A DNA stretch of 64,000 nt, from contig OZ037767.1 of assembly GCA_964035545.1 (NCBI GenBank), forward strand, positions 10,302,581-10,366,580, given 5' to 3'. This document shows positions 1 through 14,229 of this stretch, piece after piece. Position numbers and translations under genes: made by a program. Positions within the stretch are counted from its first letter, which is position 1. Each line of letters starts with the position of its first letter. Origin of the DNA: Bugula neritina. Taxonomy: Eukaryota > Animalia > Bryozoa. A model generated the notes under the pieces. It was given only the letters and a program-made list of their open reading frames with translations, ran no database searches and was not told the DNA's origin.

Positions 1-245
1 TATTAAATGTCATTTAATATGTGATTGAAGCTACTAACCAGCCATTTTAATGATCAGCCAGCCTTAGAAAGGCAAAACAAATAGTTAAATCTACCCTGTA
101 TAATAGCAATGACTTGTTAGATAAGAATCTGTTGTATTCAAAATTGATTGTTTACTGTTAAATATAAAAATGTTGGTTATGATTTCACATTTTAAAACTG
201 TAATTAATGGCAATATAATCTAGGAAATAATATGCTGTAGATGTG

Positions 246-372
246 AGGTACTCTGTAGGTAGTCTGTAGGTACTCTGTAGGTACACTGTAGCTATACTGT
301 AGCTATACTGTAGGTACTCTGTAGGTACACTGTAGCTATACTGTAGCTATACTGTAGCTATACTGTTATAGG
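246..372. repeat. ~11-bp tandem repeat (ctgtaggtact / ctgtagctata)
   Basis: Visible periodic units. Confidence 0.8.
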
Positions 373-401
373 TGTGAGGTTATGATAATGTAATGCTGTA
401 G

Positions 402-1076
402 GTATGAAGTGATGATGCAATGCTGGCAGACTGAACCAGGTGATAGACCCTCCTTCACTCAACTCCACCAACAGTTATCCCTCTGGTGTGACACATTAGT
501 CATTGGTGAGATGATTCTCACTTTCTCTTCAACTGTTGGTGTCAGATGCTCTTAGTAATAGTGACTCATTTTTATGTCACTATGTCCGACATATTTATGA
601 CTCATGCTGACACAGTGCTGATACATGTTGACATATTTATATATGTATGATATGTATATAGTATGTATATATTGTGTATATAGTATGTATCTATTGTGTA
701 TATAATATGTATATATTGTGTATATAATATGTATATATTGTGTATATAATATGTATATATTGTGTATATAGTATGTATATATTGTGTATATAATATGTAT
801 ATATTGTGTATATAATATGTATATATTGTGTATATAATATGTATATATTGTGTATATAATATGTATATATTGTGTATATAACACGTTGCAGAAGAAAAAC
901 TAGAGGAAAGATCCAGGCAGTTTTCATTATTTTTTTCGTCAGAAAAACCTACAAGCCAGGACTTCCTCTCACCTTCAGCTGTGACACACTCCCCCCTCTC
1001 CTCACTACACCCTCCAGGATGTGACCTTCCCAACGCTTTGCCAGTATCTCTTATCATTGACTCAACGCACCTTTAG
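402..1076 (+). CDS. 3' end (last two coding exons, 402-505 and 892-1076) of a protein tyrosine kinase; 5' part lies upstream of the window
   Basis: Exon 402-505 (tgtag|G..G|gtgag) reads YEVMMQCWQTEPGDRPSFTQLHQQLSLWCDTLVI, matching the tyrosine-kinase subdomain XI motif CWxxxPxxRPxF. It joins in phase 1 to ttgcag|892, which reads EEKLEERSRQ...IIDSTHL* (TAG 1074-1076). Not in the ORF track. Confidence 0.85.
650..880. repeat. 22-bp AT-rich minisatellite (tatataatatgtatatattgtg)n in the last kinase intron
   Basis: About 10 near-identical units; explains ORFs 552-884, 602-1057 and 691-927. Confidence 0.95.
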
Positions 1077-1458
1077 AAGCCTTGTGCGACCTTGCTCTCC
1101 ATGAGTCAAGGTCAAATGTCATGGAGTAGAACTGCTTTCAGCTGTAGAGATATCATGTCTCTAAAAAAAGTTAAACTATTGTTTGTTACGGTTTTGTTGT
1201 CTGCCAATTGTGCAATTAATTTTAAAAAGAGTGAAGGAGAGAATTTAAAAAATATTAATGTTTGAGCATTTATATGAATCACAATTTAACTGCTTGTCTA
1301 CAATTCTTATATAAAATTTATATTTTATTCATTGCAACTTTCTTATATTATTATGTTCTATAATGTTTATTGATAAATATTGTTACCACTACAATCATTT
1401 AAACCTACACGTTGTATCACAGCATATCATTGTATCTTATCATAAAACTATTATTTTA

Positions 1459-1465
<7 letters not shown>

Positions 1466-1527
<62 letters not shown>
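1466..1527. repeat. (TA)n microsatellite
   Basis: Direct reading. Confidence 0.95.
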
Positions 1528-1530
<3 letters not shown>

Positions 1531-2698
1531 CTTTTCTAAAACATATGTTTTCTATTAAAAAAGAATTATATTGAATTTTACTAGATAAAATTTCTTTTAT
1601 TTTGTTAACTGCAATGTTGTGTCCTACAAAACTACAGTACGAAAAGCATACCGTCACATCTGCACAAGCAGAGCTCATGTTTCTGAAAATTGATATTAAA
1701 ACAAATTGATGTGTGGGGAGTAAGTGTATTGGTTGTAGTTGTATGGTATGTGTGCACGGCAACTGCTCAGTGCATCCTAGTAATATATACTGTTATATGT
1801 ATGCTTCACCTGTCCTGGTGTGTGTATCGTGTATACATATATATCATATGTACATATCTTATACCTATATCAGATATATATACCATGTATACATATCTAT
1901 ATCATATGTATAGGTACGTATCTTTCTATGTCATGTATGCACATATGCACACATACTCACACACACAAACATACACCACGAAAACACACACACTCACACA
2001 ACTGGTCAACCAAAACAAAAGTAGATACCCATGCATGCTCAAGATGCGTCATATCTTAAGGTCTAGTTGTTGTGGGATTCTGGGCTGCATTAGCATGCAG
2101 GGCTTTGGTATATTGGTTAAATGCAAGTTCTTCCATCAGTGTTGAAGAAAAAGCTTTGGTCTCTGCAATGAATTTAAGTTCTTATCGACTAAAATATTTA
2201 TTTCAGTCAATTGCTTAGCATTTAAATGTGGGAATAGTTTTACTTTTTGGCTCCACGTGAATTGTTAAAGTTGTCTTAACTTTATCTTAAATCATTTAAA
2301 TACTCACGTGAATCAAGTGCACACAATGCTGCACCATTTTAGATAGCAATAAATGATCATGGAAAAATTAATTCAAATTTACACCAAATAATGAATTTGG
2401 TAAGGTTTGTCATTGCAAAACTGAATTAGAAATATTTAAAGAATCTTTTGATATCACATGCTACAGCTTTGGCTTTTGGTATTTTCCTGCCACACAACTT
2501 AGCCATGGACTTGTTTTCTCAGCAGCTGTTAGTTTGAGTATGAAGCATATTACCCAATGCTTATTCAATGTTTTGCAACTTCTTGGGATAATTTTCCAGC
2601 TGGTTTCAGGCACAGTTGGCATATCACCAATAGCTGCCTCACCTGGAAAACGTCACCACTTACTAAAAGGTGCTGCTTAAGGTACATCACACTGATCT

Positions 2699-2824
<126 letters not shown>

Positions 2825-5800
2825 CACTCATCACCTGTATTGTCCATTTGAGAGACTGATTTAACAAATTCCATCGGCACATTCACCAGGGGCACGCAAC
2901 TTCAGTCAATCACTAACACCCCCATATAAGCGGACATACTTACAAAGAATGCAGACCCCAAAGAAGTATTTCTGGCACGAATATATTACTCATTCTTATC
3001 ACAATATGCTGTGTAATATTTTATTTGTCAATAAGATAATAAATCTCAATTATCTACCTTCAGGAAACTCAGCAAATAATTGTGTCTGGAATATCTAAAA
3101 ATGCTGTGAACTTGTGAATGTTAACTTTGGCACAGCTACTAGAAATAGCAGACTAAAGACAAATTAAAGCTGAAGTATTTGCTAATTAACTGCTGCCTTA
3201 CGGGCAGTAAAAATAATGACGCAGAGAGAGGTTGAATGTTTTATCTGGTAAAAAGTGAAATATCTGCTGTCATCAGTGATTATAGCTGACAAGGTCACTC
3301 TATGTATAAGACTACAAGGCTAGCATTGGACTACAATAGTCCCATGCTAGTAGATCCATACCTGTGGTGGGCTAAAGTCATTTTATTTAATTAGCACTAA
3401 TTTGTCTGCTAATCTATCTTAATATTCCAATATGTAGGATTCCTTTTATGGTCTTCAGGCAGAGTTAATGATATAACTTAAGAGGATTGGTTCTGTGATG
3501 TGTATATTGCATAGCTTGTTTATTGTCATAGTGAGCATTAGGAAAATTTTTAAAAAAAGTCACTACCACAAAGCACTTGCTAAGACATGTCACATCTGTG
3601 CACCAATCCCTACTGCCATGCAGCCTTCCTGTCATAAAATTCTTTGCTATTTATAGAGACTTTTATATTGTCTGTGAAATCTCTTATTCAGTGACACGCA
3701 TACATACATATTATATTATATATCTGGAGAGAGAGGCTGTATACAATGTATCTATCTCCTGGTTTGTGAATTGTTTGTTGCGTAATCTGCATGAGATATC
3801 AATAAATTGATAAAATTTTATGGATTATCAAAATCTTTGTTTTTAATAGAAGGTAGATTTTAATCTGGGAAATTTGGATTGCTTCAATTACCGTTGCAGA
3901 ATGTGTAAAATGTAGATGTGGATGTGCTATCTAAATGGGTTCTATTGTTAGCTATAAAACAGCTAACCATCCCTATTGTCAACAAATGCATTAATTCATT
4001 GCATCATTACCATCTAAAGGGCTTACATCTGGCAAGTAAGAGCAAGTTTTCAGTTTCTGGCTTTTCTTTAAAAGTTCCCTTAAAGAGTCATTGCTATGCC
4101 CATTTTTAAAGAATCCCTGAACACAATATATTTATGCAGTATTAAATTATTCTCATATACATTAGCTATCAGTTAAATACAACTTCAGAGTAGTGTACCG
4201 AAATGTATTGGTTTTGTAATAGACTTTGTACATACATTGCTGGAATTAGTCGGGTGATGCTGGCTCACCTGATGATGTTGCCGTTAGGCTTAGTGTTTGA
4301 GACACTATATAACTAATATTAATTACTGCTGATCCTCATTGTATGCTATTCTTTGCAGAAAAACTATGAATTTGATTAATTTAACTAAAATATTTTCTCA
4401 GAAAATTTGAATTTTAGTAATTAGGAAATTATCTGTGTTATATAAATTTCGTTAAAAAAAGGAGAATTGTGATATAGTAAGTATCTCAATGTATGGTGCA
4501 AATTGGCTGGCTTTCACTTTATAAATATAAAACGATTGTCTGCTCAGTGGTAAATGAAACCAATATTGCCACTTTGAAGAGCAATTGCAGTAACATTCTG
4601 TATGCTTCACTTGTGTTTTCAGTAGACTATGAATTTATTACAAAAGTTTTACTAGTAAAACTTGGTAGTCTGCATAGAATAGTTAATCTGCAGTCTTGAT
4701 TTGTAAAAAGAAGTGTATATTGTGCTATAATAATCTTGAATAATCTGCAATTGATGATTCTATATTTAGCATCCATGAGTCAAAAGTAAACCACTCTGAT
4801 CAGATCAGAAGCTGATGGTATAAATCTTGGCTATATCTAAACTCCACCTTGTTCCCAGTGCTGTTGAATAGGCAAGCAGTATCTTCTCTTATCTGCACTT
4901 CCTCTACCTGAGAAATATTCTAGCTCTATATATCAATGTTTGGTAATATTATATTATAGTATTGCACAATTGCTTAGTCAGATTGTGCACTATCTTTCCT
5001 GCAATGCTTTCTCTATTGAAAAGACATTATGATTTACTTCTCAGACATTGCTTTGCACTGGCTTTGAAGCACAAAACACCTGGAGAGAGCTGGAAATAGG
5101 AATTTATATTTATACATTGTCCGAGTATGACAATTTGTTTCTTTATAAACTGGGGCTGAGACGGTTCTGTCAGCAAAGAGCAGGTGCAAGCTGCTTCACA
5201 TGCTGTAGATGTTCAAATATTCAAACCAACCTCACCTTCACACCCTGTACACTCTAAATACAAGTGCATGCAAATGAAAAGCAACAGTGAAATAAAAATG
5301 TCAAGAAGATCTCCTCAAAATCAAGCACCTGACAATTGCAAACTCATGCATTTCTATTATTATAAGTTTATGCATGTCAGCTTGTTGATTCTGCAGCAAC
5401 AATTTATTTGCACTGCAACGACTTATGAGCATGTCAGGAGTATGAAAACTTGTTTATTAACATTGCAACTTCTGAAGAAACAGCATCTTTGACATACAAA
5501 TTTTCCCATTGATGTCCTTATGAATATTATACACCTGCTAGAGTATGTGACAATATTTAGACATCTTAAAAGCCACTAGACATACTTAAAGTAGTAATAT
5601 TATCATTAAGCAAGCTTCTGAGAAAGAAAAGACTTAGAAATGTTCAGAGTGAAGCACATGTCAAACTAAAAGTAAGAGTGTTTTTGAAATTAAATTACAT
5701 TGCATTAAGAACTTCAGATGGCAGTTGAAAACATGACAGTCATTAGCGAGTGCCTTGTTTACATAATATTATTTTATTCCCCTTTGCAACAATTTCACTG

Positions 5801-6256
5801 CCACTGTGCTTTTGTTAAATCCTGCAAACGCATTTGCATTGTCACATTATTTATTATTTATAGGTGATTTCGTGATAAAATTAGATTAAAATCGAGATAT
5901 GGTGGGTTGCCTGACTATCTTCAATGGAAAAACATACTTAAAGCGTTGGAAGAAGTTTTAGCTGTGCTATGCTATCCCACATGCAGCTTTCAAATATCTA
6001 AAATGAGCAGACTCCATGTTGCATCATACTTGCTCTAGTCACCTGTATTATGGTGGATCATAGCCTTCTGCCATTGCTGCTGCGAACGAGTCATCAAGAG
6101 TTATAAGATGGCAGAGTTTTGGTCTTGAAACTTACAAAAATTTCACCGCCAGCTTTAGATTTGAAGCTTTGTTAATTTACTTTTAATATTGATGCTAAAT
6201 TTGCTCATTTCAATAGTTAGTAGGTTGAAAAAAGAATTTCGGTTTTAATGTTTATA

Positions 6257-6262
6257 TTTATT
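6257..6262 (-). terminator. candidate BMP2/4 polyadenylation signal (AATAAA)
   Basis: tttatt on + strand, ~480 nt downstream of the BMP stop, at the end of an AU-rich 3' UTR-like stretch. Confidence 0.4.
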
Positions 6263-6738
6263 TGAAATTCATTACATAATGCCAAAGTAAAATAAATAAT
6301 ATTGATACTATAGTTATTAACAGGAAATTAATAAAACTGTCTGCCACAATAATTTACTTGTGACAAAAACAAAGTAATGAAAATAAATCATCTGATCATT
6401 TTTACCACAACAAAACTTTAAATAGTTATAAAATACCAGTGAATGCACAGAAATACCAGTATTAAGTCAATAAGAAATACAGTTCATTGATTGTAACATT
6501 TTCAAGCAACTATGATTAAAATCTGGACATTGCTTGCTCATAGGAAAATATAAACCCAACTATAATTACATAATATACTAAGATACAGCATATATTAAAT
6601 AAATGTCTTTTCAGTCCTTCACCACCAGAGACTTGAAAGAGGAGTGGTGTGGGTTCGATAAAGCTATGCTGCAGTTTGAGAAGAGAGAATAAAGAGATGA
6701 GGTACTGAATATATAATTAGATGGCAGCGAAACCTGCA

Positions 6739-7865
6739 TCACCGACAGCCACATGCTTCAACTACCATATCTGGGTAGTTCTTTAGAACAACCCCTTTAC
6801 CATTTAGATATAACATAGAGATGGGACTTAGGTCTGTAGGCACACAACATGCCTGAGGTATAGCACCAGGGTCAACCTTGCTCATCAGGGTCTGTATAAT
6901 TGCATGGTTTGTAGCATTAAGATGATCAGAAAGTGGAAACGGACACGCCCCGTGACAGTAGTAGGCATCGTACTTTTTTGGAGCCAATATCCAGTCTTCC
7001 CAACCAACATCTTTGAAATCAACAGCCATGTCTCTGCGCTGGCATTCGGATTTAACTTTTTTGGTAGCTCGGTTTTTCTTTTTACCGCTACCTCGTTTAG
7101 TCCTCGACAGAGTGCTGTCGTGTGTAAAGATGACTACCTGCGGTTTTGCTGCTGCCCATTCAGAGTCTGATTCGGCAGCACTCCTCCTTAGCCGCACGTG
7201 ATTTGTATGTGTCCTTTCACCATTATATTTTTTGACGTGGATTTGAATAGCGGACAGCCCGGTTTTTCTCTGCTGCCACATCTGCGCTGCCGGCGTTATG
7301 TCTAATTGGTGCGCCGGCGAGTCAGCAGTGTTGGTGAGCACTTTAGTGTCTATCAATCTGGTTATAGACTGGTCTACGGAGTGAGGTGCACTCACCAACT
7401 CGTACACTTCTACTTTATACTTCTCACTGCTGTTAGTTGCAGACGATGAATTGTGAGGAAATAAATGCAGTTCCGCCAGTATGACTTGTTCATGTGACGG
7501 TATATCTGTTGTGTTGAAATATACATTCACCATGTTATGATCTTCTGGGTGAGTCTTTGTTCCTGACAAATAGAAAATAACATCAATTATACTAATTAGA
7601 ATTTTTAACTAACCACATGCCAGCAGTAATAAATCATAATTATTCTATTTTATGATTAAGAAAACCTCCGAGTTTGACTTCTAGCTATAACACTGATCAG
7701 TAGACCTGCCACTTTATAACAACAAAAAGCTGCTTATAGCTGGGTTGCTTATTATAACCATATCTTTATAGTGGCATGGAAAAGTCTACATCAGGAGTTG
7801 AATGTCTGATCAAAACGCTTATTAGAGGAGAGAGAAGATGAGAAAGGTAGAGAGAAGAGAGAGAA

Positions 7866-7920
<55 letters not shown>

Positions 7921-9316
7921 CCGTGCTCATAAGACAAGGCAGCAAAAGGGTCATCAATTTCATGATAAATCCTATGTATTCCTTCTTCCAACTTAACAAT
8001 GTTGATATAGCTGTGAGATGAAATATGAAAGATGAGCAACGCTTTATTACAATGTTTACATTGCGTGTCTACTATTTCAACTTATTCATCACATTCATTT
8101 CTAGTCATTTAGCAAAAATAAACATAATATGGATCACTGGGGATTACATTATCACTGCTACTGCAGGTGGAAGGTGTGCAAGGGGTGGGTAACTTCCCTA
8201 AGTGATAATAGACCACAGGTGTTAATACAAATAGATCTGAGAAATTTAGAGTATTACTACAGGAAAATATAAATGTTATAGAATAGGAATTCGAGTGGCA
8301 CATATTTCTAGCGACTAAGACTATCAGTTTTCATCTTTTGACACCTGTACTTGTTGAAAAGTAATATCAAGTGTGATGGAGCAAGTAACATCTTTGATTG
8401 CCACTGATATTCCATTCCTATATACAAGCAAATCAATGACCATATGCAGTCAACTTTGCAGCTGCTCATAGGAATGTTGTTTCGCTAATTTTCATACCTG
8501 AAATTTTTGTATCATAAAACTTTACAACTGAATGACAATGAAGTATTTTTGCATGTCGATTTTACAGTACACAAATATTGAATGATATAGCAGCTGTTGA
8601 GTCAAGCATGTTGTCACTCATATCACGAGGTAAATCGTCGGGTAAACAACAGCACTTCCTTTGAGTCACTGTGAGTTAAGACCGGTGAGTAGTGAGTAGC
8701 AATTAGTGATGAGTGAGTAAGAGTAGAGGAGGTGATTACTGCAGGTAAATTAGAAATAGATAAATAGATTCCTCTCTATTTGTTTATTCTTTTCTGATGG
8801 TCTGCAATCAATCTAAATTGATTAGATGACTTTAATGAATGATTGAGTTAGCTAGAACATAGCACCGCTGCCTTCCAAACTCATGAAGTAAAAGTAGTAC
8901 AAAGTTGAAGATCAGTTAAAAAGCCTCTCCAACACTTGTATTGTATTATCATTAATATTATTGTATTGTGAGTTGCTAGAATATTTACCTATATGAGCAA
9001 AACTTCGAGCAGTATTAGCATGGTATGCGTCGTCTTTGTTGAAGTGAGTAGACATATATTCCGGGTCGTCCATCTGCTGATGGTACAAGTCAATCATATA
9101 CTGAGGTATTGTATAGTCAGTGTTACGCACTGTGGGCTTCTCCTTCATCCCCAGTATGTTTAGTAGTGATAGCTCTAGTTTCTTCACAGTTTCTCCCCTT
9201 TCGTGCTCTGGTATGTCAGTAGAGTAGAGCGGCAGCTGAGCAAATATAGTGTGTGTCCACACTAGTGTGTAAGTTATTACTGGCAGCCAGGTATGCTTCA
9301 GGTCCATATACACCAT
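6739..9316 (-). CDS. BMP2/4: BMP2/4 (decapentaplegic orthologue), TGF-beta family preproprotein, 383 aa; coding exons 9316-8989 and 7562-6739
   Basis: Exon A has a signal peptide and prodomain motifs ([27 protein letters not shown]). It joins exon B in phase 1 (ATA G|gtaaat ... tgtcag|GA); 328+824 = 1152 nt. Exon B has HVRLRR and RTKR convertase sites and a 7-Cys mature domain ([22 protein letters not shown]...[20 protein letters not shown]...[15 protein letters not shown]...CGCR). [10 protein letters not shown] and the terminal CGCR are typical of BMP2/4/Dpp. Confidence 0.97.
7850..7919. repeat. (GA)n microsatellite in the BMP2/4 intron
   Basis: Direct reading. Confidence 0.95.
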
Positions 9317-12300
9317 TATAGAGTGCTAAAACATACAGTAGGTTATATAATACACATTTTAGATATGTGCAGTAGGGTACATACAGTAGGATATATAAAG
9401 TATAGTATATATAGTAGGGTATATACAGTAGGGTGTATGCAGTAGAGTATATACAGTAGCTGCCTAATAGTGACAGGTTGGTTGGATTTGTCTAAGTGAA
9501 TGACAGAGTATCTGGTTGATTTCAGCGCAGGTAACCAGGTAATGCAGGAAGTACTGTATCCTGTATATACAGACTATATGAATAACGGCAGCCAACTGAC
9601 ACTAGCACACAGGTCTCTGCAGGTTATCACAATCACCCATCTTCCACCTCAACTATATCTCACTTTTTCTACTATCAGTCTCGCCATATCCTGCATTGGG
9701 TAAGACCCTTCACTTGTGTGAAAAAGTTTATATATAAAGTATAAGCTGTAAACTATTATAGCCGTAGTCATGGATATAGTATTTCTCCTCTTCTACTACT
9801 GTATATTAGCCATTTGCACAGGCCAACTGTGGCTATCAACAACTGATTACCATGCAATACAGTGGTGGAATTTACTTTAAGAAGATTTGAAGCAATCTTC
9901 TATTTTCACCACTAACATATGTCTGATATTTTAATCCCTTTATCTGAGGCAGATATTTTACCTAAGAGATTAAAGTTGTTAGTTGAAGAGATTGTCTTAG
10001 GACTGAAAAGGTGGGGGCAGACAGTTGCAGTACTTACAGAGTAACAATAGTATGAGAGCAGTTAGTCTGAACTCAACCAATGTGCTGCATGCATGTAACC
10101 CTAGCAACTAGCACATGCTATCACCTGGCTTTCACTTTAATTTTATTTTCATAAAGAATACTTATAAATACTAGAAGGAAAATTGTAGAGGCTTCACCTG
10201 CTTGGAATCAATTTACTCCTTCTTTTGATATAGTAAAGATTTGCTAATAGAAAGATTCTCTAACCAGCTTGTCAATTGATAACAAGCTGATCTAAGAGTT
10301 GGAAATATTAATAATGAATGAAGGGGCACACCTGACACTGGAGTAATAAAAGTGGACCATTTCATAGCTAAGGGATTAAATTATGATTGTATGGTTATTT
10401 ATGAGAGTGTTATGAGTATTATGTGCCACATTCAATCAACATGTGATGAAAGCCAAAACCTAATATTTTACTGCTCTATGAAATTAATAACACCATTTAA
10501 CTTTTGAACATATTATGTTTTCTGCCAACATATTTTTACTATGACAAAAGTTGTAGCCAAAACGGAATTAGCCGTACCTTGTTATCCATTATTTAAATTT
10601 ATGTTTATCCATGACTGTACAGTATTAAAAGTTTAATTGAATGTTTTTAGCCAGAATTTAAGTTCACAGCTAAAGCTATGGAGTTTAGAATACTCCTCTA
10701 CAGTTCAAATACTTGGCTGTAAAGCATAAAATTGACTATTTAGTGCACCAAAATCAAATTCTTTCTGTACTTATTCCAGTTTTGGTTTACACAAACAACA
10801 TTTAAATAGCCTTAGCGTAAGTCTGAAATTGTGTTATACAATGACAAAAATCACAAAAGGTAGTAGCCAAACAACTATCTCCATACTTTTTCAAGCATAA
10901 ATACAAATCACTATTTTGATAATTATTATCGCAGTTATCAAGAATTCCGCAAACATCTGGACGTTAGATACGAGATAATGAAGGCAGGAGAATATCCCTG
11001 ACTATTAATTCTAAGATATGTGGTGGTGGTTTGGTGTCCACCTAGACGTAGATCTAAATAAATACCTCCTTAGCATTCAGGTGCAACTTCTACCAGCTTT
11101 AAGGTATTAAATTGTTCTTATATGAGGCTCTTTTGTATACCCACAGCTGAACTGCATACTTTTTCACACTTCCATGTAATTTGTTATACCTAATTAGTGC
11201 AAATTTTCTCTTATACGTTTTAATTAATTTTACTTTTAGCTGAGTAAAATCTGTAAATTTCAAAGGTGCCTTTTCCCTAATACACCAAAAAGCAAAGACA
11301 CTTTTGGCAGAAAAATATGATGAAAATGGAGTAAAATTCTAAAGCTGAAGAACATCAAATGAGAATAAAAGGTAAAAGATAGAAAATAAACAGTAGAAGA
11401 TATAGGTTTGGTAGTTTTTTGTGCAAGAGGTAACAATCTTGTTAGATACGTCTATAATTTTCTATCCGAGAGACTGACGTATGCAACTGAATGTTTTTGA
11501 CCTCTGTGGGGCCAACTGAAGTGGCGAGACAAAGTTATACTTTAAGATAAAGCCTTTAAGGCCTCCAAATATATTAATTTTCCTGTTTGACTTAGAACAA
11601 TAAGTTAGGAGGTGCATTGAGCAGTGTGGTTTGTGTGGCTTGTAATATATTGTAATTTGGTTCACCTCAAGACAAGAAAATTACTCAGCAATTAGCTAAA
11701 GGATGCAGCAAAGCATATTATCTCATTTTAGATTGTCATCAGTTCTAATGAGTAATAGACTGGACGGCACACTTCCACTTTGCTGTCTATTTCAGCTGCC
11801 GTGAAAACTCAAGTTCGGTTGCATGAATTGCATGAACATTTAGCTGTTGTGGTGGGCAAGTTCAAGCTATTAGAAGAAAGTAAACACTCTAACATTTGCT
11901 ACGCTTTTACAACAGCACCCCAAATAAGTTTTTAAAAAGATGTTTGAACTAGTTCTATGAGTGATCATCTTACACATTGCCCTACAATGATATTATTTTA
12001 AGTTGTTTTTAATTGAAAAGTCACTAATTTATCTAGCAGCTTTTCTCACACTTTCAGCTTGTGTAAATGCATCACAATATCCTAAGCAAATCAACTCATG
12101 AATAGAAGACAGATTTTTATCAAAGTATATGAATAGCTTGATTGTCATTTTGTATGAAAACATTAGCTGTTGATTAGTTTGTGCAAAGAAACCGAAACAT
12201 TTATGTCATTTCATGCAATCATTGTCTTGTCGAAGTTGCTGCGGAATGCTGCAACACTGCCTCGACTTGAAGCCAGGATCCCCAGGCTAAATTTGTGTGT

Positions 12301-12724
12301 GTATTTCACTAATGTGTTTTGATTGCTAACTGAGGTGCTTTCTACTAGGGTTACAACAATTAAATTAAAATGCAGTGGTACAGTTATTCCAGCCAACTGT
12401 CACGTGAAATGTCTGATTAAGTCAATACAGCTTAACATGTCACCATATGCATTAGCCATAATAATCCATGAGATATTGCGACATAGTATTAACTCAATGG
12501 GTCTAGATTTTAACGCCTAGTTTAATTTATATATTATTGTCACTTAAGTTTAAACCATAAAATCATAAAAAAATTAAAAGTGATGAAGCAGAAATGAGAT
12601 GAATTATGCTTTTTAAGTTATAAAATTATATATATATGTTAGCGTTATAATTTATACATGTGCACTGTTTAAAAATATTATTATTTTGTTTAAATAACAC
12701 AAAATTAGTGTAAAAGCAACTTAC

Positions 12725-12835
12725 CTAGATACTATGTATGTGTATTCTTCGGTTATGTATGTGTAAACTTCAGTATCATATTCAATATTAATACCAGTTG
12801 TCTCGGGCATATAGCAAATGTAATATCTGTGTAGA
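12725..12835 (-). other. probable 5' leader exon of BMP2/4 (contains uORFs)
   Basis: Strong donor TAG|gtaagt at 12725/12724. The BMP ATG exon has an acceptor (ttttag|) at 9326, 9 nt before the ATG, which implies an upstream exon. A TATA box lies ~30 nt upstream of the inferred start. Confidence 0.55.
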
Positions 12836-12854
12836 GGTGAAGATTATATCCCGT

Positions 12855-13092
12855 CTTTTATATACAACAATTCTGTACCAAGAATTCTAACTCCGAGAAG
12901 GACTGTAGGTGGTATTCTGGTGAAAATTTGCAAGAAATGATTTATACAAGTCTATAAAATGCTTCAACTGTGCAGACACCTTCAGCAATACTCAATGTTC
13001 AAAGTTGAAATAAAAGTTTTACCTGTGATTATATGCTAAAAGAAGATTGTTCGGAAATAACTCTGATTGGCTAAGAGATTTAGCCTCCGCCC
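12855..13092 (-). promoter_or_regulatory. candidate BMP2/4 core/proximal promoter: TATA (TATATAAAAG, 12864-12855), CCAAT box (13070-13066), GC box (GGGCGG, 13092-13087)
   Basis: All three motifs read on the minus strand, in the expected order upstream of the leader exon. Confidence 0.5.
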
Positions 13093-14229
13093 ACATGCAT
13101 TGTACCCATGAATGCAGTAATTACCCACTGCTTATCAACGTTGTAATGCTGCGCAGTAGACGAGGTCCAGCTTTACTTATCATGACATGTTCATGTACCT
13201 GTATTTTTGTGTAATTAATGCTGGGGGTATTATAATCGCATCAATTTAATAAGCTGCTAGTAAAAACAACAGGTGAACCTTCTTAAACTCACATGACATA
13301 TAAACAATGAAAACAACCAACACAGGGCTATTAGAAAATCATGTCATACGCAAAAAATCAATCAATCAATCAGTACAAATTGGCAATGATGCAAAAGTGT
13401 AGCAATAATTAGTTATATAAGAGATAGACTGAGGATGAATACATGCAGCAATTCCAGCTGTTTCAATGGTATTCTCTGTTTAGAAACATTAATGTCTTTT
13501 GGTAAGGCTACTGTTGAAATTATTAAATGCTTTTAATTGTATCAAAAGAGAGCTATAACTAAAAATAATATCAATATGTTGCAAATCACCAAAACTAAAG
13601 AAGCCAAATGTAAGGTGTTTACTGTTCATGATCATGGGTGTGGTTAAACTAAATTTTGACGTTATACATTATGCTCGGCAAAATGTATCGTTTTGAATAG
13701 TACAATGTGCTGTTTGAAATTGCAACAATTTCATCAAAACAGCTTGAAGCGTCTATAAAGAATACTACGTGTAGAATCATAACTTAACCACATTTTAGTG
13801 GTTTTATTGCACCGACACACAAAGGAGATAACTCTTAATTAAATACGCAGCAGCAGTAGCCCGGCTGCAGAATATCAACAGACAAGTTTTATTTCCAGTA
13901 ACATTGTTTTAGTTTATTTTTGTGTGAAGAACATGTATGTACGTGCGCACATGCATGCACATCCGGGCGAAAAATAGCTGCAACATTTCAAAAGATGATG
14001 CTTAATGTGTGTATACAATTATAATGTTGACAGGTTGCAGCAGGTGCTACAAGTCATCCACCAAGCTATAACTGGAGATGCAGATACATAACGCAGACAG
14101 ACATATAGACTTACTTCCGTCTCAAATATTAGCGAGGAAAATGTCAACGCATCAGGATCCATTCCAGAAATAGTTTGTCATGCTTCTGTGATTGCTTAAG
14201 AATAATATACTTTCCGTTATATGTTGCAT

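Noticed and set aside
602-1057. Minus-strand ORF MIRDTGKALG...
   Set aside because: It is the antisense of the kinase terminal exon plus the 22-bp minisatellite.
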